The notes under the pieces were generated by a model. It was given only the letters and a program-made list of their open reading frames with translations, searched no databases and was not told the DNA's origin. Positions 36,340 through 44,816 of a stretch of 64,000 nt of DNA are shown here, piece by piece. The position numbers were made by a program, and so were the translations under genes. The number at the start of each line of letters is the position of its first letter. The first letter of the stretch is position 1. The stretch covers positions 32,001 through 96,000 of the IMG/VR virus record IMGVR_UViG_3300031251_000003; one strand, written 5' to 3'. This DNA comes from a virus.

Positions 36340-36500
36340 TGGTCAAACACCACTGCTGCTACTACAGTTGAAATGAAAACCAATGCCACGAGCGTCAGCG
36401 TGAGAACGATATAAACGTTCACATCGTTTGCTGCACAAACCACGGCTGCTAGGCATGGTAACCACACCAGACCCGAGATAGACAACCATGCCGTTCTCAC
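36336..36500 (-). CDS. Small two-TM membrane protein (54 aa, not in ORF track)
   Basis: GTG start; RTAWLSISGLVWLPCLAAVV...VFISTVVAAVVFDQ; coupled on both sides. Confidence 0.55.
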   Translation of the reverse strand: MRTAWLSISGLVWLPCLAAVVCAANDVNVYIVLTLTLVALVFISTVVAAVVFDQ

Positions 36501-36694
36501 TTACTTACCGCCTTATCTAGCTGATCGATTAGATCACCACAGAACTTGATCCTATCAGTAATTACCTGACCGCCACCTTCACGGCCACTTGAAGCGTTGA
36601 TACGATAGAGGTTAAGTGTGTGTGACAACTCCTTAGCCTCTTCCTCGGTCAGCAATACTTGAACCGCTGCGATGGTTGCCTTACCAGCTAGCAT
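36497..36694 (-). CDS. Hypothetical protein
   Basis: AAGGAG RBS. Confidence 0.55.
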   Translation of the reverse strand: MLAGKATIAAVQVLLTEEEAKELSHTLNLYRINASSGREGGGQVITDRIKFCGDLIDQLDKAVSK

Positions 36695-36697
36695 TTC

Positions 36698-36904
36698 TTA
36701 CTCCTTCCCAAGTTGATGAATGGTCATTGTCAGTTCAAGCGGGATTGGCTTGTGGTATGCTTCTAGCAAAATACCCAAGGCATCTACAACTTCGTCCCAA
36801 TTGGGTCTAACTTCATGAGGTTCCAGACCCCATTCCTTTTCCATGCTCGGAGGACTTCCGTGAATTGCTCGTGCATAAACCTGTGTTGCATCTGCGATAG
36901 TCAT
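36698..36904 (-). CDS. Hypothetical protein
   Basis: AAGGAGG RBS; TGATG coupling. Confidence 0.6.
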   Translation of the reverse strand: MTIADATQVYARAIHGSPPSMEKEWGLEPHEVRPNWDEVVDALGILLEAYHKPIPLELTMTIHQLGKE

Positions 36905-37797
36905 CAGTCTTCCTCCTTTGCATTCATGCGGGACGCAAGCTCCTTGGCAAGCTCATCAACGAGCCGGACGTACTTGTGAAGAGCCTTGAGATCTCCACCC
37001 GACCAAGAGGCCAGATAGGGAACCGATGCCTCACTGACATCGAAACCGACCAGACCCAGAGCCATGACGGTAGCCGACTCCACGATAACCTCTGCCTCTT
37101 CGCGGCTGTAATCGGTGTAGTTGACATTGCCGTAGGCATGAGCAAGCTCGTGAACCAGGGTACGGACGATACCGTTACCACTCAGGTTCTTGTTGATGAT
37201 GATCTTCCACATGCGATCATCGACCCAACCATGAGCGTCGTTGGTATCCTCGCGGTACTCGACACTGTAGCCAAGAAGACGAGCGAAGTGCTCAAGCGGG
37301 CCGATCTTATCGCTCAGATCCTCGCCCTCAAGCTCGACCATGGGGTTGACCGTAACCTCAGGAGCATCGGTGTCGGAGACATCGAAACCACTGACGATGC
37401 GGAAGAACATGCGGCGCTGGGGATTCCCGTTCTTGTCGAGAACCTCGTTGCCGTTGGCATCCTTGTAAACGTAGAAACCGGCAGGAGCGAAGTAACGAAG
37501 CGGCTTCGCGTCAGCATTGACGGTGACCTTCTTCTTCTCCCACTGCTTCTTGCCCCAGACGACCGTGGCATCGCGCTTTTGCGACCAGATCATCAGAGCG
37601 TTGTTGAGAGTAAGACGACTCAGATTGGCCCGACCGAACTTGACGAAGTTCTCCCAAGCCTCCGAAGAAATGAGTTCCGCAACAGCGTTCTCGATCAACT
37701 GCTTCTGCTCCGAGAGGCGCTCTTCCTTCCAGGCAGCCTTCTCTTCGGCGGTGTAGTTGACCTTCTTGACCTTACCCTTCTTCGTTGCGACGGCCAT
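36904..37797 (-). CDS. ardC: ArdC-like ssDNA-binding antirestriction protein with zincin (HELAH) domain
   Basis: NALMIWSQ..ATVVWG.KQW, FDVSDT, TLVHELAH, EVIVES, YLASW. Start ATG 37797 after GAAAGGA. Confidence 0.8.
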   Translation of the reverse strand: MAVATKKGKVKKVNYTAEEKAAWKEERLSEQKQLIENAVAELISSEAWENFVKFGRANLSRLTLNNALMIWSQKRDATVVWGKKQWEKKKVTVNADAKPLRYFAPAGFYVYKDANGNEVLDKNGNPQRRMFFRIVSGFDVSDTDAPEVTVNPMVELEGEDLSDKIGPLEHFARLLGYSVEYREDTNDAHGWVDDRMWKIIINKNLSGNGIVRTLVHELAHAYGNVNYTDYSREEAEVIVESATVMALGLVGFDVSEASVPYLASWSGGDLKALHKYVRLVDELAKELASRMNAKEED

Positions 37798-37826
37798 TTG
37801 AAATCCTTTCATTCGCTTGTCGAAGT

Positions 37827-37855
37827 ATTATATCACTTCTACGTAACGATGTCAA
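37827..37855 (-). promoter_or_regulatory. Perfect SigA consensus promoter
   Basis: TTGACA-N17-TATAAT, extended TG. Confidence 0.9.
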
Positions 37856-38043
37856 ATATTTGTGTCGTTTGGCGGAATCCTATATGTTCCGACTACCAGG
37901 GCAGAAGAAACATACCAGACCCGACTTCCAGGTGACCATGCGGCCCGCTGAAGCGCCAGTTGGTTTTCCTTATAGGCTGCGACGTAACAACCGTCTACTT
38001 CAACGGCGTACCATCCATCTGTGAGTCCTGCTCTTCCAGTCAT
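37852..38043 (-). CDS. Hypothetical protein, leaderless
   Basis: ATG 6 nt after TATACT. Confidence 0.55.
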   Translation of the reverse strand: MTGRAGLTDGWYAVEVDGCYVAAYKENQLALQRAAWSPGSRVWYVSSALVVGTYRIPPNDTNI

Positions 38044-38049
38044 ATTCAT

Positions 38050-38078
38050 AGTATATCAGGCTCGATAATAGATGTCAA
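38050..38078 (-). promoter_or_regulatory. SigA-type promoter
   Basis: TTGACA-N17-TATACT. Confidence 0.85.
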
Positions 38079-38335
38079 GCCAAATAACCTTTTGATTCAA
38101 GAAAATTACGGAATAGAGTTAGCGCACCTTCCACTTCATCTGGCTCTACATCAGTCCCGAATCCCTCGCCAATTGTATCGTCTCCTAGATAATCTAAGAT
38201 CCCTACATTATGTTCAAAGAAATAAACAAAAGCCTCAAAATCGTCGGCTTCGCAGAGATCATCAAAAGAGATCTTAAGAGGGAAGATCGTGTAGTCCTCA
38301 TCTTCACCATACCACAAGATCAATTTGTTATTCAC
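38075..38335 (-). CDS. Highly acidic small protein
   Basis: D/E-rich, 86 aa; coupled to the RNA ligase gene. Confidence 0.6.
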   Translation of the reverse strand: MNNKLILWYGEDEDYTIFPLKISFDDLCEADDFEAFVYFFEHNVGILDYLGDDTIGEGFGTDVEPDEVEGALTLFRNFLESKGYLA

Positions 38336-39327
38336 ATCATCATCCTGTTCTTGTCAATAGAACCTACCCGCCAGTGTGTGCGATTTGTTACATGATCGGC
38401 ACGGACATACTTGGCGACTGACTTCTGGAAGTCAGATAGAATAAAGGATCCAGACTTGCGAACAACGTAACCCTCACGGTCATCATCCTGCCAGGTCTGG
38501 AAGAACTCATCTAGATCTCCGAATCGAGTATGGGCAATTACTGGAACAGGAGTGATCCCAAGGATATCAAAGTTCTCTAGCGTTTCATCCCAACTCAGGC
38601 ATACGTTATCCTGCCAGATTCCAAATCCATAGAAGTATGATTTTAGATTATCATACTTGATCGAATGAGTCGCGGCCATATTCTCACCCACGATTCGCAT
38701 CCCTGTTGGAATCTGATAGGAAATGCTATTAGCCCAGAAGTTCTTGACCCATGTTCTAGACCAGTGATAACCACCTTCAAGAGATCGGGCATGGATATGA
38801 TCCGCGTACATGGTTGTATTCTCACCGTCAAGTTTCTCGGTAACAACTACGATTTCTTCAGGATCGAACGGAGCATCGGGGAGAACCATATCATCCTTGG
38901 AACGTCCAAGACTCCAAGGAAGATGCGGAGTACGAGGATACTTGACGTATTGGTGAAACTTACCCAGATAGGGCGCTATGATCTTCTGCACCGATTCATC
39001 ATAGAAGAGCGGGCCTCGCATACGATGACCATCAGGGAGGATGATATTCCCCCACTTATCGTATTCATGGTCGTCTTCAAGAGTATCGGGCAGAGTCACC
39101 TTATGGATACCGGCGAGCTTACGTAACTCGGTAGCCGATAGCTCAGTACTCTCAGCCTGAAGATGATGAACAGAACAAAGACTTACGCCATTGTCCAAAT
39201 GATACCCACCATCGGGCCAGAGCCGACGTTCAATCAGATGATGAGCATCGACGGCAGGAGCAAAGCACTTCACGCAGAGGAAGTTATCTCGCTCGAAAAC
39301 TGCTTCTCTGAACTCATCCCGTGTCAT
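38332..39327 (-). CDS. HNH domain + ATP-dependent RNA ligase fusion
   Basis: VFERDNFLCVKC...DAHH...NGVSLCSVHH; KYPRTPHLPWS, TEKLDGEN, EGYVVR, AKYVR. Confidence 0.88.
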   Translation of the reverse strand: MTRDEFREAVFERDNFLCVKCFAPAVDAHHLIERRLWPDGGYHLDNGVSLCSVHHLQAESTELSATELRKLAGIHKVTLPDTLEDDHEYDKWGNIILPDGHRMRGPLFYDESVQKIIAPYLGKFHQYVKYPRTPHLPWSLGRSKDDMVLPDAPFDPEEIVVVTEKLDGENTTMYADHIHARSLEGGYHWSRTWVKNFWANSISYQIPTGMRIVGENMAATHSIKYDNLKSYFYGFGIWQDNVCLSWDETLENFDILGITPVPVIAHTRFGDLDEFFQTWQDDDREGYVVRKSGSFILSDFQKSVAKYVRADHVTNRTHWRVGSIDKNRMMM

Positions 39328-39335
39328 AACCATCC

Positions 39336-39364
39336 ATTATAACACATCAAGAGTGATGTGTAAA
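39336..39364 (-). promoter_or_regulatory. SigA-type promoter
   Basis: TTTACA-N17-TATAAT. Confidence 0.8.
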
Positions 39365-39369
39365 GTGGT

Positions 39370-39585
39370 TTATTCGGCTTTATCGATCAGAACTGATGCG
39401 TTAAGTTTATTCAACTTCTTTGCCCTACGTGTCCAGAGCTTGAAGGAGAGACGAGCCATCCACCAAGTCATAAAAGTCTTATCTCTAACGATATTCATAT
39501 TGAAATCGGAACACTTATCGTCTCGAACCATAGTGACTCGCCACTTGAACGATCCAGTCTCACAATGAATCTGTGTTCTATACAT
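39370..39585 (-). CDS. Hypothetical protein
   Basis: Fills the gap after the DNA ligase gene. Confidence 0.5.
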   Translation of the reverse strand: MYRTQIHCETGSFKWRVTMVRDDKCSDFNMNIVRDKTFMTWWMARLSFKLWTRRAKKLNKLNASVLIDKAE

Positions 39586-39587
39586 GA

Positions 39588-40763
39588 TTAGACATCTTCT
39601 CTGATTCTAAGACCTACGGGGAATCGCGGGACTCCACCGTTCGTCATCCCCTGGAACTGTACGGTAAGCTTCTTACCTTCCCAGGTGGAATGATCCACAA
39701 GGTACTTCTTTAGATCATCCAGAGCGCCCTTCATCTTGACCTGGAAGGTTTCTCCATTCTCGGCTTCGCAGACGAAGAGTGCCTTGTCATCCATCTTCCC
39801 CTTACCAGCTACGACACCCTTGATTGGGAACTCGGCATCATCGAACTTCTTCACCTTCTGAAGACTATCGGTACGCTTGCCAACGTAATGACCATTGGCA
39901 CTACGAATCATGATACCCTCATACCCCAACTTGATAAATTCATCAAGAAGCCAGGGGAGAGTCTCACGGTCACCAATAGATTCGGTCATAACCGAGACAA
40001 TCGTATTCTGGGTTCCATTAGCCTCAGAACGTGTCTCAAGCTCTGAGAGTACAGGAACACGATCCTTAAAGGGGGCGTCCACCACAACGTCGTAGACCCA
40101 ATACTGGACTACCTCATAACCAGGCTGAGGAACGGTCTGACGAATCTTGCTAGTCAGTTCCTCGAACCGATCCTTGTAGGCGTGGTTATAAAGCTCACCA
40201 TCGAGGGTGATATCGACATCAGGATACAGGCGCTCCAAGGCGTCCACGATATGCGGCATCGAAGTGATGCGCTTCCTCGTGCGCGACCAGAGTGTGCAGC
40301 CACCATCCTTAACGATAGCGATACAACGATGACCATCGAGCTTCGGCTGAATGTATGCGGGGAACTGCATCTTGTGACCATCTTTCTCGAAGGTCTTGGC
40401 CAGCATGGGATTGACGCCGCCCTCGATCAGGGAATCGACTGTACCGGCCTGTGCGTCATCGATAGACTCCACGTAGCCTTTCTTCTTCTTCTGTTCCCAC
40501 TGACTCTTAGCCTCAAGCTCAGCCTGTTCCAGGGCGGTTGTGGAGTTAGCCTTACCCAGGTTCTTACCTTCTTTGATAAGCTCCTTGGCAGTCTGCGGCT
40601 TGCCATTCTGCAAACCATAGACGGTAATAATCTGACCATAAGTGAATGGGATACCGTCACCCCCACCACCGTAATAGATCCGATGCTTAAAGGGTTCAAC
40701 TGAAATATCCCACATCTGGATCTTCCCTGTTGAAGTCTTCTTGTAAAGAGTCGGTAGATTCAT
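39588..40763 (-). CDS. lig: ATP-dependent DNA ligase (WGR-like N-terminus)
   Basis: QPKLDGHRC, LDGELY, GYEGIMIR, KVKKFDDAE, GVPRFPV. Confidence 0.93.
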   Translation of the reverse strand: MNLPTLYKKTSTGKIQMWDISVEPFKHRIYYGGGGDGIPFTYGQIITVYGLQNGKPQTAKELIKEGKNLGKANSTTALEQAELEAKSQWEQKKKKGYVESIDDAQAGTVDSLIEGGVNPMLAKTFEKDGHKMQFPAYIQPKLDGHRCIAIVKDGGCTLWSRTRKRITSMPHIVDALERLYPDVDITLDGELYNHAYKDRFEELTSKIRQTVPQPGYEVVQYWVYDVVVDAPFKDRVPVLSELETRSEANGTQNTIVSVMTESIGDRETLPWLLDEFIKLGYEGIMIRSANGHYVGKRTDSLQKVKKFDDAEFPIKGVVAGKGKMDDKALFVCEAENGETFQVKMKGALDDLKKYLVDHSTWEGKKLTVQFQGMTNGGVPRFPVGLRIREDV

Positions 40764-40999
40764 GACTTGCTCTGCTCCAATATCCCGTAGTGGTTGTTCA
40801 TGACCAACGAAGTTCTCTTGGTGATAAGAGAAAGCTCAATGATGTGCTTTCTCTCGTCCACTCCACGACTGGCCACTTCTTCGCCCTCGTTGTTAACCTC
40901 GATCCCACTCAAACACTTAGTACCCATGAACTCGACTTCATGAGAATCACGGAGGATCACAGTCTTGTTATCGAAGCGAATACGTTCATACTTGACCAT
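40760..40999 (-). CDS. Hypothetical protein, leaderless
   Basis: ATG 6 nt after TATACT. Confidence 0.6.
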   Translation of the reverse strand: MVKYERIRFDNKTVILRDSHEVEFMGTKCLSGIEVNNEGEEVASRGVDERKHIIELSLITKRTSLVMNNHYGILEQSKS

Positions 41000-41005
41000 A
41001 TGTAT

Positions 41006-41034
41006 AGTATATCACGTCAGAGTGTTCGTGTCAA
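41006..41034 (-). promoter_or_regulatory. SigA-type promoter
   Basis: TTGACA-N17-TATACT. Confidence 0.85.
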
Positions 41035-41045
41035 CTTGTCCTAAA

Positions 41046-41351
41046 TCAAGAATGCAAGGCTGCGTCACAAGGCGTACCGGGCGCTGTATGACAGATAGGA
41101 CAAGCCATCTCATGGTACGCCTTTACGATATCTACCTTGAGGTTTTCAATTACGTCGAAATTCTTGTCACGGGTTCGGTGAACCCAACGACCATCGGGAT
41201 GTCCACGCCAGAACTTCTCGACATCAGTAGATTCTAGCAGGACTTCGGTAGAAGTAACACGAATAACCACCCATGGATTACCGTATCGACGGATACGATT
41301 CTTCCCATGGAGAGTCTTCCCTTGAAGGGTTATGGTGTCTCCGGGTTTCAA
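41046..41351 (-). CDS. SH3-like + Zn-finger hypothetical protein
   Basis: CPICHTAPGTPC...H. Confidence 0.6.
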   Translation of the reverse strand: MKPGDTITLQGKTLHGKNRIRRYGNPWVVIRVTSTEVLLESTDVEKFWRGHPDGRWVHRTRDKNFDVIENLKVDIVKAYHEMACPICHTAPGTPCDAALHS

Positions 41352-41746
41352 AAGTCTGCGTTCCTCAGTCTATTAAGTGCCTTTTCGTACCGGGGAACAT
41401 GAGAGAAACGATCTACTTTCGCCCTTGCGAGGTTGACGGTAAGGTCGATGATCTTGACATCGACGGCTCCGCTGTTCCCAGATTCTAGGATGCGAGTAAT
41501 GAAATCGTCATAAGTCTCACCGTCACGGCGACTGACGATCATTACAATATCGACAACCTCATCGGGGAACAGACCACGAAGCTCTTCTTCAGTAGCGTAG
41601 CCATCCTCGACGGAATCATGCAACCAACCAGCGATCCCCTGGGCAGTATAACCACTGAACCGGGATGCTACACGAACCAGATGCGGAAGATCGTCAGCCC
41701 TGGCTGCGATGTTGATAGCGAGATCGATGTGATGATCGTTAATCAT
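41348..41746 (-). CDS. SpoT/Mesh1-like HD-domain hydrolase
   Basis: HLVRVA...WLHDSVED...YDDFITRI...VKIIDL..NL. Confidence 0.78.
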   Translation of the reverse strand: MINDHHIDLAINIAARADDLPHLVRVASRFSGYTAQGIAGWLHDSVEDGYATEEELRGLFPDEVVDIVMIVSRRDGETYDDFITRILESGNSGAVDVKIIDLTVNLARAKVDRFSHVPRYEKALNRLRNADF

Positions 41747-41752
41747 GGACAT

Positions 41753-41781
41753 ATTATATCATGCCTCCTGTAGAAGTGCAA
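41753..41781 (-). promoter_or_regulatory. SigA-type promoter
   Basis: TTGCAC-N17-TATAAT. Confidence 0.75.
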
Positions 41782-42340
41782 GTAGTGCTTCAGCATTACC
41801 CTTGGCATCATCGACGGGATTGTGAGTATGAGTGGTCTTCCGTAGCTTCTTCCAGGAGTTATGATCCGACCAATCTCTATTAAGCCCGCTATAGAAATCA
41901 CCGATCCTACGAGCACTAAAGCCAAAGGGATTACCCAACCCGTAGAGATGGAAATAGAAGTTAATGAACTGCCAATCAAAGGCAGGATTATCGGATACAA
42001 AGACCGGTCTATCGAACAGCGTGGTTAGCCAACTCTTGAACTGGATCATTGTTAGTTGAGAGTGTTGGAAGGACTCATGCTCAGCCCTCGTATAGCCACT
42101 GATGGCCAGATTCTTCTCTTCCCATCTAATGTACTCATCGGTGCGGCCACGAATCGATAGGTCAGCGGTCGTGAGAGGCGCTGTAAGCCCGTAGAAGCTC
42201 ACGTTCTTGTGTTCCGATAGACGGTTAACACTAACGGCTCCGAAGCACACCATGGAGCCTAGAGTGGGTGCAGGCCCATCAGCCTCAACGTCTACGATGA
42301 TGTACTCTCGATCTAGCTTAGTGTCAAGCATTGCACACAT
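41759..42340 (-). CDS. DEDDh 3'-5' exonuclease (Rv2179c-like)
   Basis: IVDVEADGP, DNPAFDWQF, HTHNPVDDA. Confidence 0.85.
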   Translation of the reverse strand: MCAMLDTKLDREYIIVDVEADGPAPTLGSMVCFGAVSVNRLSEHKNVSFYGLTAPLTTADLSIRGRTDEYIRWEEKNLAISGYTRAEHESFQHSQLTMIQFKSWLTTLFDRPVFVSDNPAFDWQFINFYFHLYGLGNPFGFSARRIGDFYSGLNRDWSDHNSWKKLRKTTHTHNPVDDAKGNAEALLALLQEA

Positions 42341-42767
42341 CCTTTAGCTTAGCAATAGCTTTGGGAGAAAGAACCTTGAAGCTATCACCTGTAATTGTCT
42401 TGGTCTGGGCAATGGCAATATCGGGCTTCCAGACCCCGTTGTACTTATACAGATCAACAATAAATTCACAGCCTCCCTCATTAATCCTGATCTGAGGGGT
42501 GTAATAGATCTCGTTCCCGCCCTGCTTGATAGCATTGGAAGGAAATCGATACCCATTAGCAATAAGATCTTGATAGATCTGTTGATGTTTTGCTTTACCT
42601 TGAGCTTCGCTGCGTCGGACAGCGCCATCAAATGTAACAACTGAACATGCAACAAGGATCACGAAAAAGATAAGAAAAACAGGATCTCCTGCATAGATCG
42701 TGGACATCAAAGCAAAAAATGCTGCACTAGCAAAAATAACACCGAAGATGAAGAAGAAAACTACCAT
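42324..42767 (-). CDS. Membrane protein (two N-terminal TMs)
   Basis: Hydrophobic N-terminus; GGAGG RBS. Confidence 0.65.
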   Translation of the reverse strand: MVVFFFIFGVIFASAAFFALMSTIYAGDPVFLIFFVILVACSVVTFDGAVRRSEAQGKAKHQQIYQDLIANGYRFPSNAIKQGGNEIYYTPQIRINEGGCEFIVDLYKYNGVWKPDIAIAQTKTITGDSFKVLSPKAIAKLKDVCNA

Positions 42768-42770
42768 TTA

Positions 42771-43178
42771 TTACCTCCAATAAGGTTTGATATCAAAGTT
42801 GTCATAAAAGCCCTTAGCACCTTCGTCCCAAGGATAGCAGTACACGTTCTTGAAACGGCTCATACGTCGAGCAAGTTTAGTACCAATCCCACGGCGACGG
42901 AATCGCTTAGGAACATAAATCATCATGATTCTTCGGCCCATCGTGTAATGAGCCTCAGCGATCAGACTCCATCCCATGATGGTATTATGATTACGAGCGA
43001 TCACGATGGGAACATCCTTAGCTGAAATATCTCCTGCCTCTAAACATTCCAAAGTTCGATACATCGTTGAACCCATATCCCCATCAGGATTCTCACCCGT
43101 AAGAGTAAGCTTCTTCAGTCTAGCCCGTAGCTTGGGGCTACACTTGGAGTAGTTTGTTTTCTGCAACTTTATAGACAC
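42771..43178 (-). CDS. GNAT acetyltransferase
   Basis: IYVPKRFRRRGIGTKL...AKGFY. Confidence 0.8.
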   Translation of the reverse strand: MSIKLQKTNYSKCSPKLRARLKKLTLTGENPDGDMGSTMYRTLECLEAGDISAKDVPIVIARNHNTIMGWSLIAEAHYTMGRRIMMIYVPKRFRRRGIGTKLARRMSRFKNVYCYPWDEGAKGFYDNFDIKPYWR

Positions 43179-43360
43179 AGTTCCCGAACCCTTCTCAGGC
43201 AGGAACTCATTGCGTCATCGTTACTCATGAAAGGCTGGCCCTTAGCGAGCCGCCTGTAGTTGGTTGCGTCGAAAGAAATCAGATTGCCAGAATGACGCTT
43301 CTGGGCGATTACTACCCAACCCAGATCCTCGATCATTTCTTTAGCGGCTTGATGCGTCAT
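43169..43360 (-). CDS. Hypothetical protein
   Basis: Start revised to MTHQAAK after GAAAGGA. Confidence 0.5.
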   Translation of the reverse strand: MTHQAAKEMIEDLGWVVIAQKRHSGNLISFDATNYRRLAKGQPFMSNDDAMSSCLRRVRELCL

Positions 43361-43520
43361 CTTCATTCCTTTCGCGTACGCATTGATTACAAATACCAAC
43401 TGGAACATCCTTGTCATTAAGACTGACCTGGAAGGGATTCTCTGGGTCAACTACCTTTTCCGCAATGTATCTCATTCGGAAACAAGAAGTACAGAAACCT
43501 AGATCTCCTTCGTATGTCAT
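43341..43520 (-). CDS. Small CxxC...CxxC protein (59 aa, not in track), leaderless
   Basis: MTYEGDLGFCTSC...GICNQCVRE; ATG 7 nt after TATACT. Confidence 0.6.
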   Translation of the reverse strand: MTYEGDLGFCTSCFRMRYIAEKVVDPENPFQVSLNDKDVPVGICNQCVRERNEDDASSR

Positions 43521-43527
43521 ACTAACT

Positions 43528-43556
43528 AGTATAGCAGATTAATATTAGAAAAGCAA
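43528..43556 (-). promoter_or_regulatory. SigA-type promoter
   Basis: TTGCTT-N17-TATACT. Confidence 0.7.
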
Positions 43557-43579
43557 GAGGGACGGTTGCCCGTCCCTCT
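43556..43579 (-). terminator. Intrinsic terminator after rIIB
   Basis: AGAGGGACGG-gcaa-CCGTCCCTCT followed by TGCTTTT (minus strand). Confidence 0.85.
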
Positions 43580-43601
43580 CACCTTTTGCTAGCCTGAACT
43601 A

Positions 43602-44816
43602 CTAGACCTTACGGAACCTGTGTGGTGTGGTCAGTCTCTCCGTAGAGATCCACACATGGACGTTACTCGGTAGCGACTTGCAATATGACTTATTCGGCCC
43701 TGACTCAAGAATCGTGACGGTGCGACCGACCCGCCTTGGATCAAGATCCTGGAAGATATCTCCAATGTTTACCGTAACATCCTCGGGATCGAAATCAGGG
43801 TCTACCTCTTCGTAGTCCTTGCTGATCAGCCGACCCAACTTGACCTTGACGACGTTGCCGGTTGTGGAGGACTGGCAGTAAGCAACCTGCTCATCCCGAT
43901 CAACGCTCACGACGGTCAGAGTGCGACCCTTGCGACGGGGATCACGGTCAGCGTAGACCTTGCCGACGTAGTAATCCTCGACCTGATCCTCATCGTCCTC
44001 ACGAGTAACCACAGCAGCGGTGTATTCCTGCTCGATGAGATCGACAACGGTATAACGGCAGACACGCATCTTAGCCTGTCCACAGTCCGTAGGAACGCTC
44101 ACAACGTCACGAGGGTTGACGTGAACCTCAAGCAGAGCGCCCTGCGCCCAACCTCTTGCGTAGTCGTAGGTGCCGACGTGCAGCCCCGTAGAACAGCCCT
44201 CACTAGGATCATGAGTAACCTCGTTGCGAGGCATCTCAACAACCGAACCAATTGCGTTCGGGATGGCTCCGGTCTTGACTTCACCGTCAACGATAGCGGT
44301 ACCCTGGTTGACGGAAACGTAGCCACCGTCCTCGCCCTTGCGGACGCCCTTGTAACCGATGATCAGACCGTCATTGGTGATACTGAAGTTACGAGACTCA
44401 AGCCAGGTGTAAAGCTGCTCACGGGAATGCTCGTTCGGATTGGCTAGGACGTTCTCGAAGAAGAGAACGAGTGACTTCCAATCCTCAACACCCTCATCGA
44501 GGAACCGGATGACCTGAGCCGTGAGAGCATTTGCAACCTCAACATTGTCAAGGTAGAGCCGTCCGTTGGCGGTGGTGATCCGATCACTGAGCCGCTGGAA
44601 CTTGGTTGCGGCGGTCTGAGCGACATCGAAAAGCTCGACTACGGATTCGTCATCAGCCACAACAGCGGCAACGATCTTGTCGAAGTTGACGTGGGTGGAA
44701 TGAGCCACCAATGGAGCCGAACCCTTGACGAACACGGTGATGTTCGAAGTCCCGTCCTCAGCGCCTACTAGTGTGTATTGCATGTTAGTTTTCCTCTCCT
44801 GCCGAGTAAACGGCAT
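43602..44816 (-). CDS. rIIB: RIIB-like protein with C-terminal tandem SH3-like repeats
   Basis: IIGYKGV, VEMPRNEV, CSTGLHVG, VHVNPRDVVSVP, KMRVCRY; follows rIIA. Start may be MQYT at about 44783. Confidence 0.88.
   Translation of the reverse strand: MPFTRQERKTNMQYTLVGAEDGTSNITVFVKGSAPLVAHSTHVNFDKIVAAVVADDESVVELFDVAQTAATKFQRLSDRITTANGRLYLDNVEVANALTAQVIRFLDEGVEDWKSLVLFFENVLANPNEHSREQLYTWLESRNFSITNDGLIIGYKGVRKGEDGGYVSVNQGTAIVDGEVKTGAIPNAIGSVVEMPRNEVTHDPSEGCSTGLHVGTYDYARGWAQGALLEVHVNPRDVVSVPTDCGQAKMRVCRYTVVDLIEQEYTAAVVTREDDEDQVEDYYVGKVYADRDPRRKGRTLTVVSVDRDEQVAYCQSSTTGNVVKVKLGRLISKDYEEVDPDFDPEDVTVNIGDIFQDLDPRRVGRTVTILESGPNKSYCKSLPSNVHVWISTERLTTPHRFRKV

Noticed and set aside
36976-37935. 319-aa + strand ORF opposite ArdC
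   Set aside because: Antisense shadow of a codon-biased gene; no motifs, and it crosses the ArdC promoter.
25251-40763. Inteins or introns in protease, MCP or ligases
   Set aside because: No C...HN splice motifs or LAGLIDADG blocks noticed; catalytic motifs are contiguous.
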